A stretch of 20,000 nucleotides of DNA from Tricharina praecox (Eukaryota), in contig NW_026250448.1 of NCBI RefSeq assembly GCF_024521635.1, positions 109,278 to 129,277 of the forward strand. The letters are read 5' to 3'. The position numbers and the translations under genes were made by a program. Positions 1 through 11,073 of this stretch are shown here, piece by piece; position 1 is the stretch's first letter, and each line of letters opens with the position of its first letter. A model generated the notes under the pieces. That model did no database searches, was not told the DNA's origin, and was given only the letters and a program-made list of their open reading frames with translations.

Positions 1-2089
1 ACCACTCGGATTTTGATCAAGGAGCCCCAGAATCGATGGCCGTTTGCGTTGAAGACGCACATGCCCGAATTGTGCGAGATATCTCTCCTTTTTTTTTCCC
101 GCCTGGTGCTACTCGGAGGCTAATTCGTCGTGCTCGTAGGGACGATGTTGATCAGTTAAGAAGCGCAATGCGGGGTCAGCAGGGACGCGGCCTCTGGTTG
201 TTCGGAAAGGAGACTGGTGTTGCCGTCGTCCGAACCCTTCCGGACGATACTATCGAGGCCAGCTTCCGCGGAGCGCGGGGACTCATGAAATGTTTCGAGT
301 CTGTGAGTGTCATGAATGTCTGGGAATCCTCCGATAACTATGGAGAGACTGACGGGCGGAGGGGGGCAATGATTAGACTGCACCAAAGTTCGAACTCTTG
401 TACGCATTCCCCCACCCTCGAAAACACCATAATCTTGGCGATCATTCGATTCGCCGCTCACCCGACGCTGTGAATGCTAAGATGTTGCCTTTCCCGCAGC
501 TACATCACCATGACCGCGCAAGGAAGACTCCGTATAGAAGTCGATATCTTCAAGCGACTCGCATTGTGTTACGAGCTACCGGTGGCTTTCATCAAGATGC
601 TGATCGGCCACAGCCGGCAGCCGCCTCATGCTGGCTTCGGAAGCAGGTTGCAGCCCGTCGGACCGGCAGGCGACCTGATACAAGGTATGTACCTACCTTG
701 CCTGTGCGCGGAGAAAAAACAGCACGAGTCGAGTGAAAATACCCCTCCCCTGGGGGAATTAACGTCTCTAGACTTCTGGTACACACTCCCGATCCGTCTT
801 CCAATGGCGTGCACCGACCCGGAGAACGCGCACCGAGACTGGCACACGGGGATCTACCAGATCAACGCATTCAACCACCTGCACCTTCACAAGCAGAAAT
901 CCGACCTCCGTCACTTCGATCTCGTCATCCTCTCGCGGCACGACCTGGCCAACAAGAAGTCCACCGTCATCTGCGTCAACCTGCATTCGCGCACTCCCGG
1001 CCCGATCGAAGTCATACAGCAACGCGTCCTCCGTGCCCTTGAAGACGGCGGTACACAGATGATCGACCGCAATCCGCTGTGGGCTAATGTCGTGTATATC
1101 GATCAGGTGCTGGAGTGGTGGAAGGTTACGTTCGAGTTCTACGCCGCGGAGCTGAATACCTATGTATGTGCGACCTAGAAAGACGCGCAATAGCGGGAGA
1201 AGCTGATGCTGCTGAGGTAAACAGGAGAAGCAGATCGAAGACAAGATGACTGCGCAAGCCAAGCCCAAGCCGCGACCGCCACCAACCGGCAAAACACCAC
1301 AGATGCTGGCGGACGAGATGTTGGAAAAGACGCGGATATCGACGGAAATGCTGGAGACGAATCGCGCGCTGCACGCCATGGCATCCCACTGCTTGCGCTA
1401 CAAGACGGAGCTCGTCACCGTCGCGACCGTCGTCGTGGCTGTCATGGAGCAGCATGAGGAGATATCCGAACAGCTAAAGCTTGGACAGTTCGAGAGGGAT
1501 AGGGTCAGGAGGGCGTTGAAGCAACAGCTCGCCGAGGTCACCGCCATCACACGGTCGCAGGAGGAGTTGGCGAAGAAGACGGAGAATACGCTAGCGTTGG
1601 TTAGTCATCAACTCACGCCCTCGCCGGTCTTTCTGTTTGTTGCGCGCTCATCAAGGTCTTGAAACCAGTTATTCCACTCCGTCCAAGCCGACTACGACCA
1701 GCAACAGATCGTCAACGGCGACGAGCTGCAAAAGATCTCTCTCGCCAGCCAGGACGAGGTGAAGCAGACGCGAAAGGACAGTCTCGCGATGAAGACCATT
1801 GCCGTGATGACAATGTTTTTTCTTCCGGGGACGAGTATCGCCGTAAGTCCTTCCACCGTTTCCGCCACCATCTTTCTTCGTACACCCGAGTGTTGACTGT
1901 TATGTAAAGGCTATTCTGGCGCTACCGTACTTCCAGAGCACGGTAGCCCACAGGACGCTGTGGCTGTGGGCAGTGCTGGCAGCAGCGATGACTGGCATCG
2001 TCCTCGGTCTCTACCATCTGCTCTCGAAGGGCGCGTCTGAGCGGCACAGGAAGGAGAATGCGGTTGTGGATCCGGAGAAACAGGAGTGA
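1..2089 (+). CDS. Gene A: CorA-like two-TM membrane protein, 5' end outside window; exons <1-71, 140-302, 377-399, 500-684, 772-1163, 1225-1599, 1669-1842, 1910-2089 (~520 aa visible)
   Basis: Seven GT..AG introns join with consistent phases into one open frame ending TGA at 2087-2089. The C-terminus reads DSLAMKTIAVMTMFFLPGTSIA-AILALPYF...LWLWAVLAAAMTGIVLGLYHLL, the fungal CorA-like 'MKTIA..T..FLP.T' TM1 plus an aromatic TM2, preceded by a long helical stalk. All seven introns match gene B in position and phase. Confidence 0.82.
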
Positions 2090-2685
2090 TGCGTGTATTT
2101 GAGTGTACTACCTACATACTAGTCTAGTGGGATTTGACAAGTGGCATGTGGCGTGAATCTGCAACGTCCACGATTATGTGTTGCGCAGTTGTATGGAAAC
2201 ACTGTAGTCGCGCTTAGTAGTCGTCCCGACGGATCCGAGACTCGGGTGAGTCGAGAATACATACCCGCATTGAGTTTCACCGGTTGATGGATCTGAGAGA
2301 TTGGGCCCAGCTATAGTAAACCTAACCCTCACAGACCTCGTACCAAATCTCCATCCTGATTCCGGAAACCCACATTCATGACTCAAAGTATGACGGTGGG
2401 CCGGCAAGGTGAGAACGCATACCCTTTAGGGCGCCTAATGGACTGGGACACTAGTGCGACGGTTCGATTGCGCGTGTTTTTCTTTATTATGTACCAGAAG
2501 TTCATGCTCTTCATGCTCTGTCACCCGCTCCCAGTCCGTCGGCAACCAGTTCCACCCGAACCCGGATCGGACAGTGGCGAGGAAACGGAGTGTGTACTTA
2601 TATTGCCATGATCTACTTAGGTCGCAAGCAATCACTGATCAAACAAAAACAAAGCTCCACCCGAACCCATGTCAAGCCGCCCTTC

Positions 2686-4019
2686 CTATACATCTACGCA
2701 TGGGCCTTTCCCATGCGGTTCGAATGGTAGCGACTCATCATAGATGTCGTCGTCTTCGTCCACCTGTCATGACGGTTACATGTATGAGCGTCGACGGGAA
2801 CCCTCGGAGGATGTGAATTTCAATGCGAACTTACGTCTTCATAGAGACCTCCGAGCATAAGTTTTCGCAGCTGTTTGACGTTATTAATATATGTCGACTT
2901 CAGAAGGAAAAAGATGCCGCTTACCACGTCCCAGTGCGACCGTCCGTTAGTGCTGATATCGATATCGTCCAGGTGAGAGTCGACTAGATCCTGCAGTCAG
3001 CAGCGGTATGTTCACAAGGGTTTCACATCTGCTAATTCATCCTGTACCCGGAAGACAGTCGATCCACGCGCCCAGTTTGTCGTCATCGTCCAGGGCCTCG
3101 ATCAGCGTCTTAGCCGCCGGATCGTCTCCGATGCGTGCAAACATGAATGCAACGGCTATTAAAGATGTCAGATTGGAGGAGACGCTAGACGGGAGAAAGA
3201 AAACCGGCGGCTCACAGTCAACCGTCCTTTCGGAATCGTTGTCCAACTTTGCGAGACAGTTGTTGATGTTCCTCTTCAGCACCCCCTGCTTCTCGCCCTC
3301 AATCTGGAAACCGAATCAGCATGATGGCCGCAGGCCGCGCGGTAGTACAGCACCGTGGTTGTGAGGCTTACATCGCCGTCGGTAATGATCATTGTAAGCA
3401 GCGGCTTGCGCATGGGAGTTTGTGGTTCGAGGACGAACGGTTTCAAGATTTTGTTCTGCAGCTCCGTGCCCGTCATAGTGACTCCGTCGTACTGGATCTC
3501 TGCGTGAAGCCCAGCAACGTCTGCCTTCTTAATATCTTTGCGCCCCGTCGGGTTATTGAGAAATCGGACGGAGACGATGCCCTCCTCCCGTGCTAGCTCG
3601 TAGACATCGGCAATCGCCTCCAAAACCTTCTTCAGCATATCTTTTCGATTGCCGCCGTCTTCGTACTCCATCGAGCTGCTATCATCTATATTGGGGCACG
3701 GGGGATTAGGCCGATTTCCCTCCATTCCACCAATCCACCAATCCAGCATTCCAGCATTCCAGCCTCGCCTGGCCGTGAGTCGGAGTCGTCACCCACCAAG
3801 GAGAATGACCAGATCATAGAGTGCCAGAACTGCAAACTGCTCGGCGATCTCCCGCGGACACGCCCGATCGACCAGCGTCTCGACCATGTCCGCCCCGCGC
3901 TGCGAATACTCGTCAAAATTGTAGTCTGGGAAGAACTGCACCAGTCCCGGCTTCTGCCGCTCGACGAACAGCTTCAGCTTCGACGAGAACTTGTCTGCGT
4001 GCATTCGAGAGGCTGCCAT
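2686..4019 (-). CDS. Gene C: stand-alone von Willebrand factor A (vWA) domain protein; exons 4019-3797, 3685-3372, 3303-3216, 3155-3048, 2983-2925, 2870-2835, 2763-2686 (~301 aa)
   Basis: Spliced product has LYDLVILLDDSSSM (DxSxS), YDGVT (MIDAS Thr), LLTMIITDGD (MIDAS Asp) and AFMFARIGDD. Introns are GT..AG with consistent phases; exon sizes 88, 108 and 36 nt equal the corresponding exons of gene B. The last exon and stop are the least certain part. Confidence 0.82.
3727..3763. repeat. 8-bp tandem repeat (CCACCAAT x2, CCAGCATT x2, partial) in intron 1 of gene C
   Basis: Read directly from 3727-3763. Confidence 0.7.
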
Positions 4020-6212
4020 CGCGTGGAATTGAATGTGTGGGAGCTTTGGGCTGCGAGATGCGGGACGGGGGGCGATGCGGCGTGTGGGGCGATCTTCTAG
4101 TATTAACTATTAGACAGGGCGGTCCGCTAACCCCACTTAAGTAGATCGTCCTCCCCGCGTCGGAGTCTCCGTTGTGGGGAATAAGTTTGTGCGGCTCAGT
4201 CCGCTGTAGTACCATATGCATTACCCCGCCCCTAGATTTGGGGGATAGGGTTACACCCAGAAGAACAACTTCATAGTATGGCGGCCATCAATATCGATTG
4301 GCTTTGAAGCCTTCTCCTGATGATCCGCCGATTCCGTGCAGGTTGGGCTGATTGCTCCCATTACGCGAGGCCGCGAAAATGCGCACACACCATCCGTGTA
4401 CTGGATACCGCATCACTCGTAGATTCCACTGTTAGTCAAGTACTATGGCGCCGTCATCCGAATGAGAACCTGTGAATGTTACGATACGCAGCTGTGGCGG
4501 AGTGATGGAGGATAGGCTGTCGGCGAGAGGAGGACGTGAAGGCGGCCTCCTTTCGGCGGGAGTGAACGAATGTGGTTAGTAGTGCGTAATATCGTTAGTC
4601 CGAATTGGAGGGATTCAACGTTGGCGGGCATGGCAGCGTCTTCCTCCCCTTCTTCTTCATCTTCATCCTCTTCATCCTTCTTGATCATCATCTACGGGAT
4701 AGACAATCAACCTCTATCCCCTCTCTCATCATCTGCAGAATAGACGATCAATATTTACATCCTGTTTCCCTTGTGTGTTCACCTTCTCTCGACTCGCTTC
4801 CCGGCGTGGAGAGGCATTGGCGAAAGAGCCGTCACAAAAGCTCCTCCATCGCTCGGGCACACGTCCATAGTACACCACCCTCCCGCCCAGCCCCTCAAGA
4901 TGTGTCTTATCGCAGGTCGTGCGAGTGAGTCTCAGTGCCGCGGAGTTTGGGTACGCTGGTCCCGGCGGAGACCGGCGGTGGGAGAGGGTTCCGTCTCCTC
5001 ATTACGAGAATACAGTCCTCTAGCCCCACGGTCACTCTGCACGCGCGATCATGAATCTACACTACTGAACAGCGCCAACATCTACGACAGCTATGAAACC
5101 TGATGGATAAGTCGGACATAGGTACCCGAATCCGACCTTTGCTGCTGAGTTTGAATACATCTGACTGACTGGCAGGCTGATATGCCACTGCTAATCTTGA
5201 GTAGATTCGACTGCCTCTGAACTTGCCTATCGGAACCAGAAGCAAGGTGGCCCGCCCGTACTCCGCATGAGGGCCTTGTTCTGCGGTGCCGCCCTACGCT
5301 CGCTATTTTTTGTTAGCGGATAGGTGGATAGGAGTGAAACACTTTTACTTCACCGTTGTGCTTCTAGGCAACAGCCAGGCTGCGTAACGGATGTCTCCGC
5401 GGAATCGGGCAAGTGTCACTGAAAAGCAATGAGCACCGCCGATGAGAGCGGGTCGACTCGGCAAGAAGTTCTATGGACGCACGGAGAGATTACTGGTCTT
5501 GCGTGGTTGTTGTGGTTACGAGATATGTGCTTCATGCGGGCGGGCACAGTCTGCACACGGACTCGCCGACAGATGAACGCAGCCATTCGTTGTATTCGTA
5601 ACCGACAGCAGTCCTAAGTAGAAGCACATCGTGAGCCACCGGAGCTTCTTCCCTATTGATGCGCAGTGCATGATGCGCAGACCATACATTGCACGAGGTT
5701 GCATATGGACAGCCAACGATACTCAATCATGGAGTGCAATGTTTCACTCTTCGGCGAATCATTTCCCACCATGCAGTGACGTGGTGACAGCACTGAAGTA
5801 CCATGTGACACCGAATCCAGAGGCCCCCTAAATCACGGGACGGACTTTCCCGGAAATGGTCCATCCGCCCAGTTATCTGCAGGAAACGCGCATCGGGTCA
5901 ACGAGAATAGTTTTCAGCTGGCCAACCTCGAAAATCATGCGGGTGGGTGGAGTTTACGTATGGTTCTCGTTTTCATTTCCTACACTCGTTCGCCCTCCAT
6001 CGTGCGCCGGCACGGCATCGGAACTGCGCACTGGCGACCACATCGAGCCGTATACATCGTGTTCACCGTCCGGGTCCCACAACAGATGATATCGCTTAAA
6101 TGGGGGGAGGGGACGGACTCCTTCCGACTGTTGGAAACGCGACATCATACTCCATCTCTCACATCGACCCTCTCCATCTGGCGGAGCATCCCCCACCTCA
6201 CCATATTTTGCC

Positions 6213-9200
6213 ATGGCAACAGCAAACGGAAGCGCAACTCGCAAAGGAGCACTAACTCCGAGTTATCCGATATTGACAATATCACCGGAAAGATGCACAG
6301 AAAAGCTCAAGGCATTCAGCAGCCGTCAGAAGCCGGGGTTGCTCAATTTGTTTTCCGACAGCGACTTCAAAAATTACGGGGGCAAAGGTGCGGAACTCGT
6401 CAACAGCCTGATCTCGAGAGGCTGTCCCAGAGAAATGGCGGAACAATTCTCTGTTTTGGTGCTATATGATGTGGTCATCTTGATTGGTATGTGATGTCAA
6501 ACTTGCCGCACGTGATGGGAAAGAGGCCTAATCGGATACGCGAATGATCAGATAACAGCGATTCACCGGAAGCCGAGAATGCTCGAAGAGAGACGTTAAA
6601 GACATTGTTGGATGCAATTGTCGATGTTTACGAGCTAGCCAATGACAAAGGTGTGGTCTCTGTCCGGTGCTGCAATCTCCACGACCAATGTACAGATCAT
6701 AAAGACGTCCGAAGATCAGAGGTCTCTGGAATCCTCGAGACAATTAAATACGGCGAATCCGCCGAAGTTGGTGGACAGCTGAAGAAACGCATTCTGAGGC
6801 CTTTTGTCGAGCACAAAACCATGATCAGGCCTTTACTCACTATCGTCATTACGAACGGCAATGTAAGCCATTCCCAATTGTCAGCTACTCCGAGCCCTAC
6901 TGATCTGAGTACAAGCCTGAGGCGGAAACTAAGGATGTTTTGAAGACGGCCATCAACAACTGTCTCGTGAAATTGTCCCAAGACCCTACCAAAACAGAAG
7001 ATGGTCGGTTCAACGATTCTTCCTGGTTCGGAGTCAAGTCGCTAATATCTTCAGCTGTGGCTTTCATGTTTGCACGAGTCGGCGGAGATCAGGCTGGCAA
7101 GGAGCTCGTAAAAGATCTTGATAACGATCAGATCTTGGGAGCGTGGATTGATTGCCTACCGGGTAAGTGGAGAAGCGTTTGGTTACCTAAAATCTCACTA
7201 ACTGGGCAATCTAGTCGAATCTCGCCTGAAAGATTTCCGTCCGTATGGTCATCGGCCTTACTGGGATGTGGTAAATATCTGGATCCCTCATCCCTGCGCG
7301 ATCATAAGTTTTCATGAGCTAACGATTCTTATCATCAGCTCTGGAAGCTTATGCTTGGAGCTCTATACAAAGTTGTACGTCGCCGTATAGCATTCTCGGA
7401 CACGCAGAGCTGACTGAATCTAGATCGACGCCATGGACGATGACTCTGAGCTCGATGAGGACTTCCTGATGCCACTAGTTTCTAGTAGACCTAAGGCTCG
7501 CAACCAATCGCGAGATAACCGTATAGCTGTTCCTTCGGCAGGTCCGCCCCCCAAACTTCCGATGCTGGACGCACCTCACGGAGTGCGACCTTCCGCCGAA
7601 TCTCGTCGTCGAATACCTGCGCCAGTGGAGGCACCTTCCCCGGAGGTCGTTCCCTACCCTGTATCGGGGGAATTACATAACGGCAGTGCGTTGAAAGAAA
7701 CTCATTCGAGCATGCGTGCATCCCAGGACTCGTCACACTCTATCAACCCTCCGAAAGACCGGGATTCCGAGTATGTATCAAAGGCGACCCAGGGCAATCC
7801 TTTGCTAGAATCGCCAATTCCAATGCCTAATTGCGACAACGAACCAGACATAATACCTGACGCCAGCCACCCGTCAACCGAAAAAGGCTTCAAGCCCTCC
7901 ACGACAGCGACAGGAATAATCCTAAACCGATGGTCTACCATTCGAGATGTGGTGGGCCCACACGCCGATCACTGGCCTTCCCGCTTGAAATTTCACATGC
8001 CTGAATTGTGGGAACCACATACACCTTGCGTCGGGGTTTACTTGACGAGCAGCACCAAGGGCTAATCAGTCACGTTCTAATAGGGATGATACACGCTTGC
8101 TGCTAAAGGCTGAGCAGCGTCGCCAAGATCACGACCCACCACTGTTCGGAAAACTTACAGCTGTTGCGGTCATGAGAACCCAAGATAATGGTTTGATAGC
8201 GGCTAGCTTCTGCGGGAAGAAGAGACTGCAGAAGTGTATCGAGGCGGCCCGGGTAAGTGCACTTGATGCTGGGATGGTGAGACAAAGACTTATGGGTCGT
8301 AGGATGAATCGACAGCACCAAAGTTTCAACTATTGTACGCAATTCCCTTCCTATGCGCCAAAGAGCGACATGATGATCTCGGGATCCCATCAGCATCTTC
8401 AATTGTTGCCAATGCTGATATACGTTTTCGGCAGCTACATTACTATGAGCGCCACCGGAACGCTTCACATTGCCGCCGACGTGTTCCAGGAACTCGCGTT
8501 GTGCTATGATATCCCGGTGGCATTCATCAACTCAGTACTTGACTACGGGGGTGAACCTCGGTATACCGCCTTTGGAAGTAGGCCGCCGCGTGCTGAAAAA
8601 ATACAAGGTATTCTTGACCGTCCAAGGCGTGTGAGAGAGCGCCAGAATACTAACGAAACATAGTTTTCTGGTACACACTCCCGATCCGACTTGCACTGGA
8701 CTGTACTACAGAGGCTGGCGGAGAACAACTTGTCGCCGATCTCACACGGGACTGTACTACAAATCATCACGGAGAACACTCAGACGCCAATCCGGGTTCC
8801 GATTACCTACATCTTGACACACAGAAAACCGACATCGGACAGTTTGACTTGGCCGTATTTTGCAGACACAATCTTCTCGAAAAAACGACGGCCGTCATTT
8901 GCGTCTACTTGTGCTCTGGCTTACTCGAGTCAGCGGAAGTCACCAAGCAGCGAGTGCTACATGCATTGGACGACGGTGGTATGGGAATGATTGATCGGAA
9001 CCCCCTTTGGGTAAACATCGTCTACATAAGCATGGCTGTGCATTTCTGGAAGGTGACATTTGAGTATGTCGCGTCGGAGTTAAATAGCGATGTACGTGCA
9101 TCATCTTGGTCACCTGTGAGCCGAGGGAGGGGGCCCAGCGGAAACGCTGACTGACGGCATCCAGGAGAAAGAAGTCGCGCACATGTTAGTAAATCAAGCG

Positions 9201-9484
9201 CAGCTTCGCGTGGTAGAGGACACGACGTCAGCGAAATACAAAAAGCTTCATACCATGGACGCGCATTGCCAACGCTACAAGATGGAGCTTGCAACGATCT
9301 CAGCAGTGATTGTTGGGATGATGCGGGAACACAAGGTCATGTCTGAGCAGTTAAAGTTGGATGTCCATGAAGCCCAACGTGTTGGGAGCGCGTTCAAACA
9401 ACAGCTTGCCGAGACTACTGCCCTCACCATGGCACAGGAGGACATGGAGAGAAGGATACGGAATCTGTTGACCGTGGTAAGTGT

Positions 9485-9555
<71 letters not shown>

Positions 9556-10108
9556 CTTTCTCAACGGCATACTGATTACCAGAATAACAGTTATTCCATT
9601 CCATCCAAGCTGCAAATGACCGGCAACAGATCGCGAATGGCAAAGCACTCCAAAAGATCTCAGTCGCCAACCAAAACGAGGTCAAACAAACGACGAAGAA
9701 CAGCCGAGTGATGAAAACGATTGCCATAATGACGATGACGTTTCTGCCTGGAACCAGTGTCGCGGTAATCTTTCCAAGCTCTTCGGATGTGCTGCGGTAA
9801 CTGATCCATATATTCCTCAACAGGCTCTATTCGCTCTTCCATATTTCGAGCACACCGCTGTCCATTCAACATGGTGGATATGGGCCGTGGTCGCGATAGC
9901 CTTGACCGGGATAGTTCTTGTGCTCTACCATTTCATCACGTTCGTAGCGGAGCATCGAGCCGGCGCCGAAGAAAAGGATAGTATGCTCGGCGACGAAGAG
10001 GAAGCCGGAATGGCTGGCATGAAAAGGGATCCTTCTGTGGGCGTCACTAACATCCGGAAGTATATGAAAGATTATCTCCTGTTTTATGTATTTAGGAAGA
10101 GCCTTTAG
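6213..10108 (+). CDS. Gene B: vWA - Pro/Ser-rich linker - CorA-like two-TM fusion protein; exons 6213-6486, 6552-6862, 6916-7003, 7055-7162, 7215-7270, 7339-7374, 7424-8007, 8084-8252, 8303-8334, 8435-8607, 8664-9091, 9165-9476, 9591-9764, 9824-10108 (~1009 aa)
   Basis: Thirteen GT..AG introns; exon lengths sum to 3030 nt with compatible phases. The N-terminal part aligns to gene C (LYDVVILIDNSDS, RPLLTIVITNG, AVAFMFARVG, LGAWIDCLP, KLMLG). The C-terminal part aligns to gene A (HMPELDD, TAPKF.LFYITM, FWYTLPIRL, MIDRNPLW, MKTIAIMTMTFLPGTSVAALFALPYF). Confidence 0.78.
9489..9550. repeat. (TC)31 microsatellite in intron 12 of gene B
   Basis: Perfect dinucleotide run inside the intron 9477-9590. 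Confidence 0.97.
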
Positions 10109-10299
10109 CAGGGGAATAAACTGTTCTGATTGAATCAAATGACGGGAATGTTCTGAAAGCGAGGACACTGCTCCGTCTCCTTACTTACTGTCGCTACCGT
10201 GTAAAGCGTGCTCGCGAGTCTAGTCGACAGCTTTCTGGAGAGTGAGATACCTAGCTTGACCGATAACTAGGTGGCCGAAAGCCTGCTCGAGAGCCTTAT

Positions 10300-10805
10300 C
10301 GAGGGCTAGCTGGCAGGGACGCCGAGAGCGTGCCGGCAAGCGTTCTCGCGAGCAAGAACAAGTGCATGGTTGAATGTCTAATCAAGAGCATGACGACGAG
10401 CAGACCGAGAGCAATACGGCGCGCAAGGCCGGGAGGTTGCCGCCGAGCGGCACCTGAATTCCAATAGCATGCCGAGTGGATGACCGAGATCACTCCCGAG
10501 ACCATGACGACCAGCAGGCGGAGAGCCAGATGACCAGCAAGACCGTGAGGTTGCCGCCGAGCGAAACCCAGACGCCAAGAGCGTGCCAAATGCATGACCG
10601 AGAGCACGACCGAGAGCGTGCTCTCTAGCATGCCGACGAGCAGAGCGTGAGCATGACGGCTGGCCAGCAGTTCTGTAATCATCACTGAGGCAGAGACCGA
10701 GAGACTTGCCGAGTGTATCACCGGCAGAGTGTAGACGGGTATACCGTCGAGGGTGCCCGAGCGCGTGCCGGCGAGCGTGCCTGAGGGCGTGCTGGCAAGA
10801 GCACC
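10300..10805. repeat. Degenerate ~12-bp minisatellite (GAGCGTGCCG / GAGCATGACG-like) with a 114-bp higher-order duplication
   Basis: Recurring GAGC(G/A)TG(C/A)C motifs; the 17-mer GAGGTTGCCGCCGAGCG occurs at 10433 and 10547. Confidence 0.6.
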
Positions 10806-11073
10806 CTTCAATACTGCTCTGTAACATAACTTTCTATGACAAAAAACATTCTACTATGCATGGTAATCGATTGTGTTGTGGTCCTGTGTCGATCTGTTCC
10901 ATACTCGTGGCTACAATTGGTGGATACGTCAACATGCGAGTGATAGATGGTGACCAATCATAAGCGTGACAGTTCACCATGCCTAGTGTACTGCATAATA
11001 TTCCGTGATGGAGAATACATTGCATGATATTCTATGAAGGAGTATGTCATATACCATATATGAGGGAACCAGG

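Noticed and set aside
36..473. ORF-track proteins 36..473, 474..1178 and 1246..1662 as separate genes
   Set aside because: They are exon pieces of gene A with read-through into introns; the spliced model agrees with paralog B.
2435..2635. Additional coding exon of gene C
   Set aside because: No phase-compatible donor found before the TAG at 2688-2686, and no similarity to gene B's linker.
2551..2668. 13-bp direct repeat TCCACCCGAACCC at 2551 and 2656
   Set aside because: Only two copies with no further structure; no supportable function.
7433..8065. 210-aa ORF as an independent gene starting at ATG 7433
   Set aside because: An acceptor at 7423 joins it in frame to the vWA exons, and the vWA part has no stop before it. 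An internal start cannot be fully excluded.
9275..9820. ORFs with (ER)n or (LS)n runs
   Set aside because: Translations of the intronic (TC)31 microsatellite.
10189..10826. TG..CA-bounded solo LTR around the minisatellite
   Set aside because: No matching TSD, weak terminal inverted repeat, and no second copy in the window.
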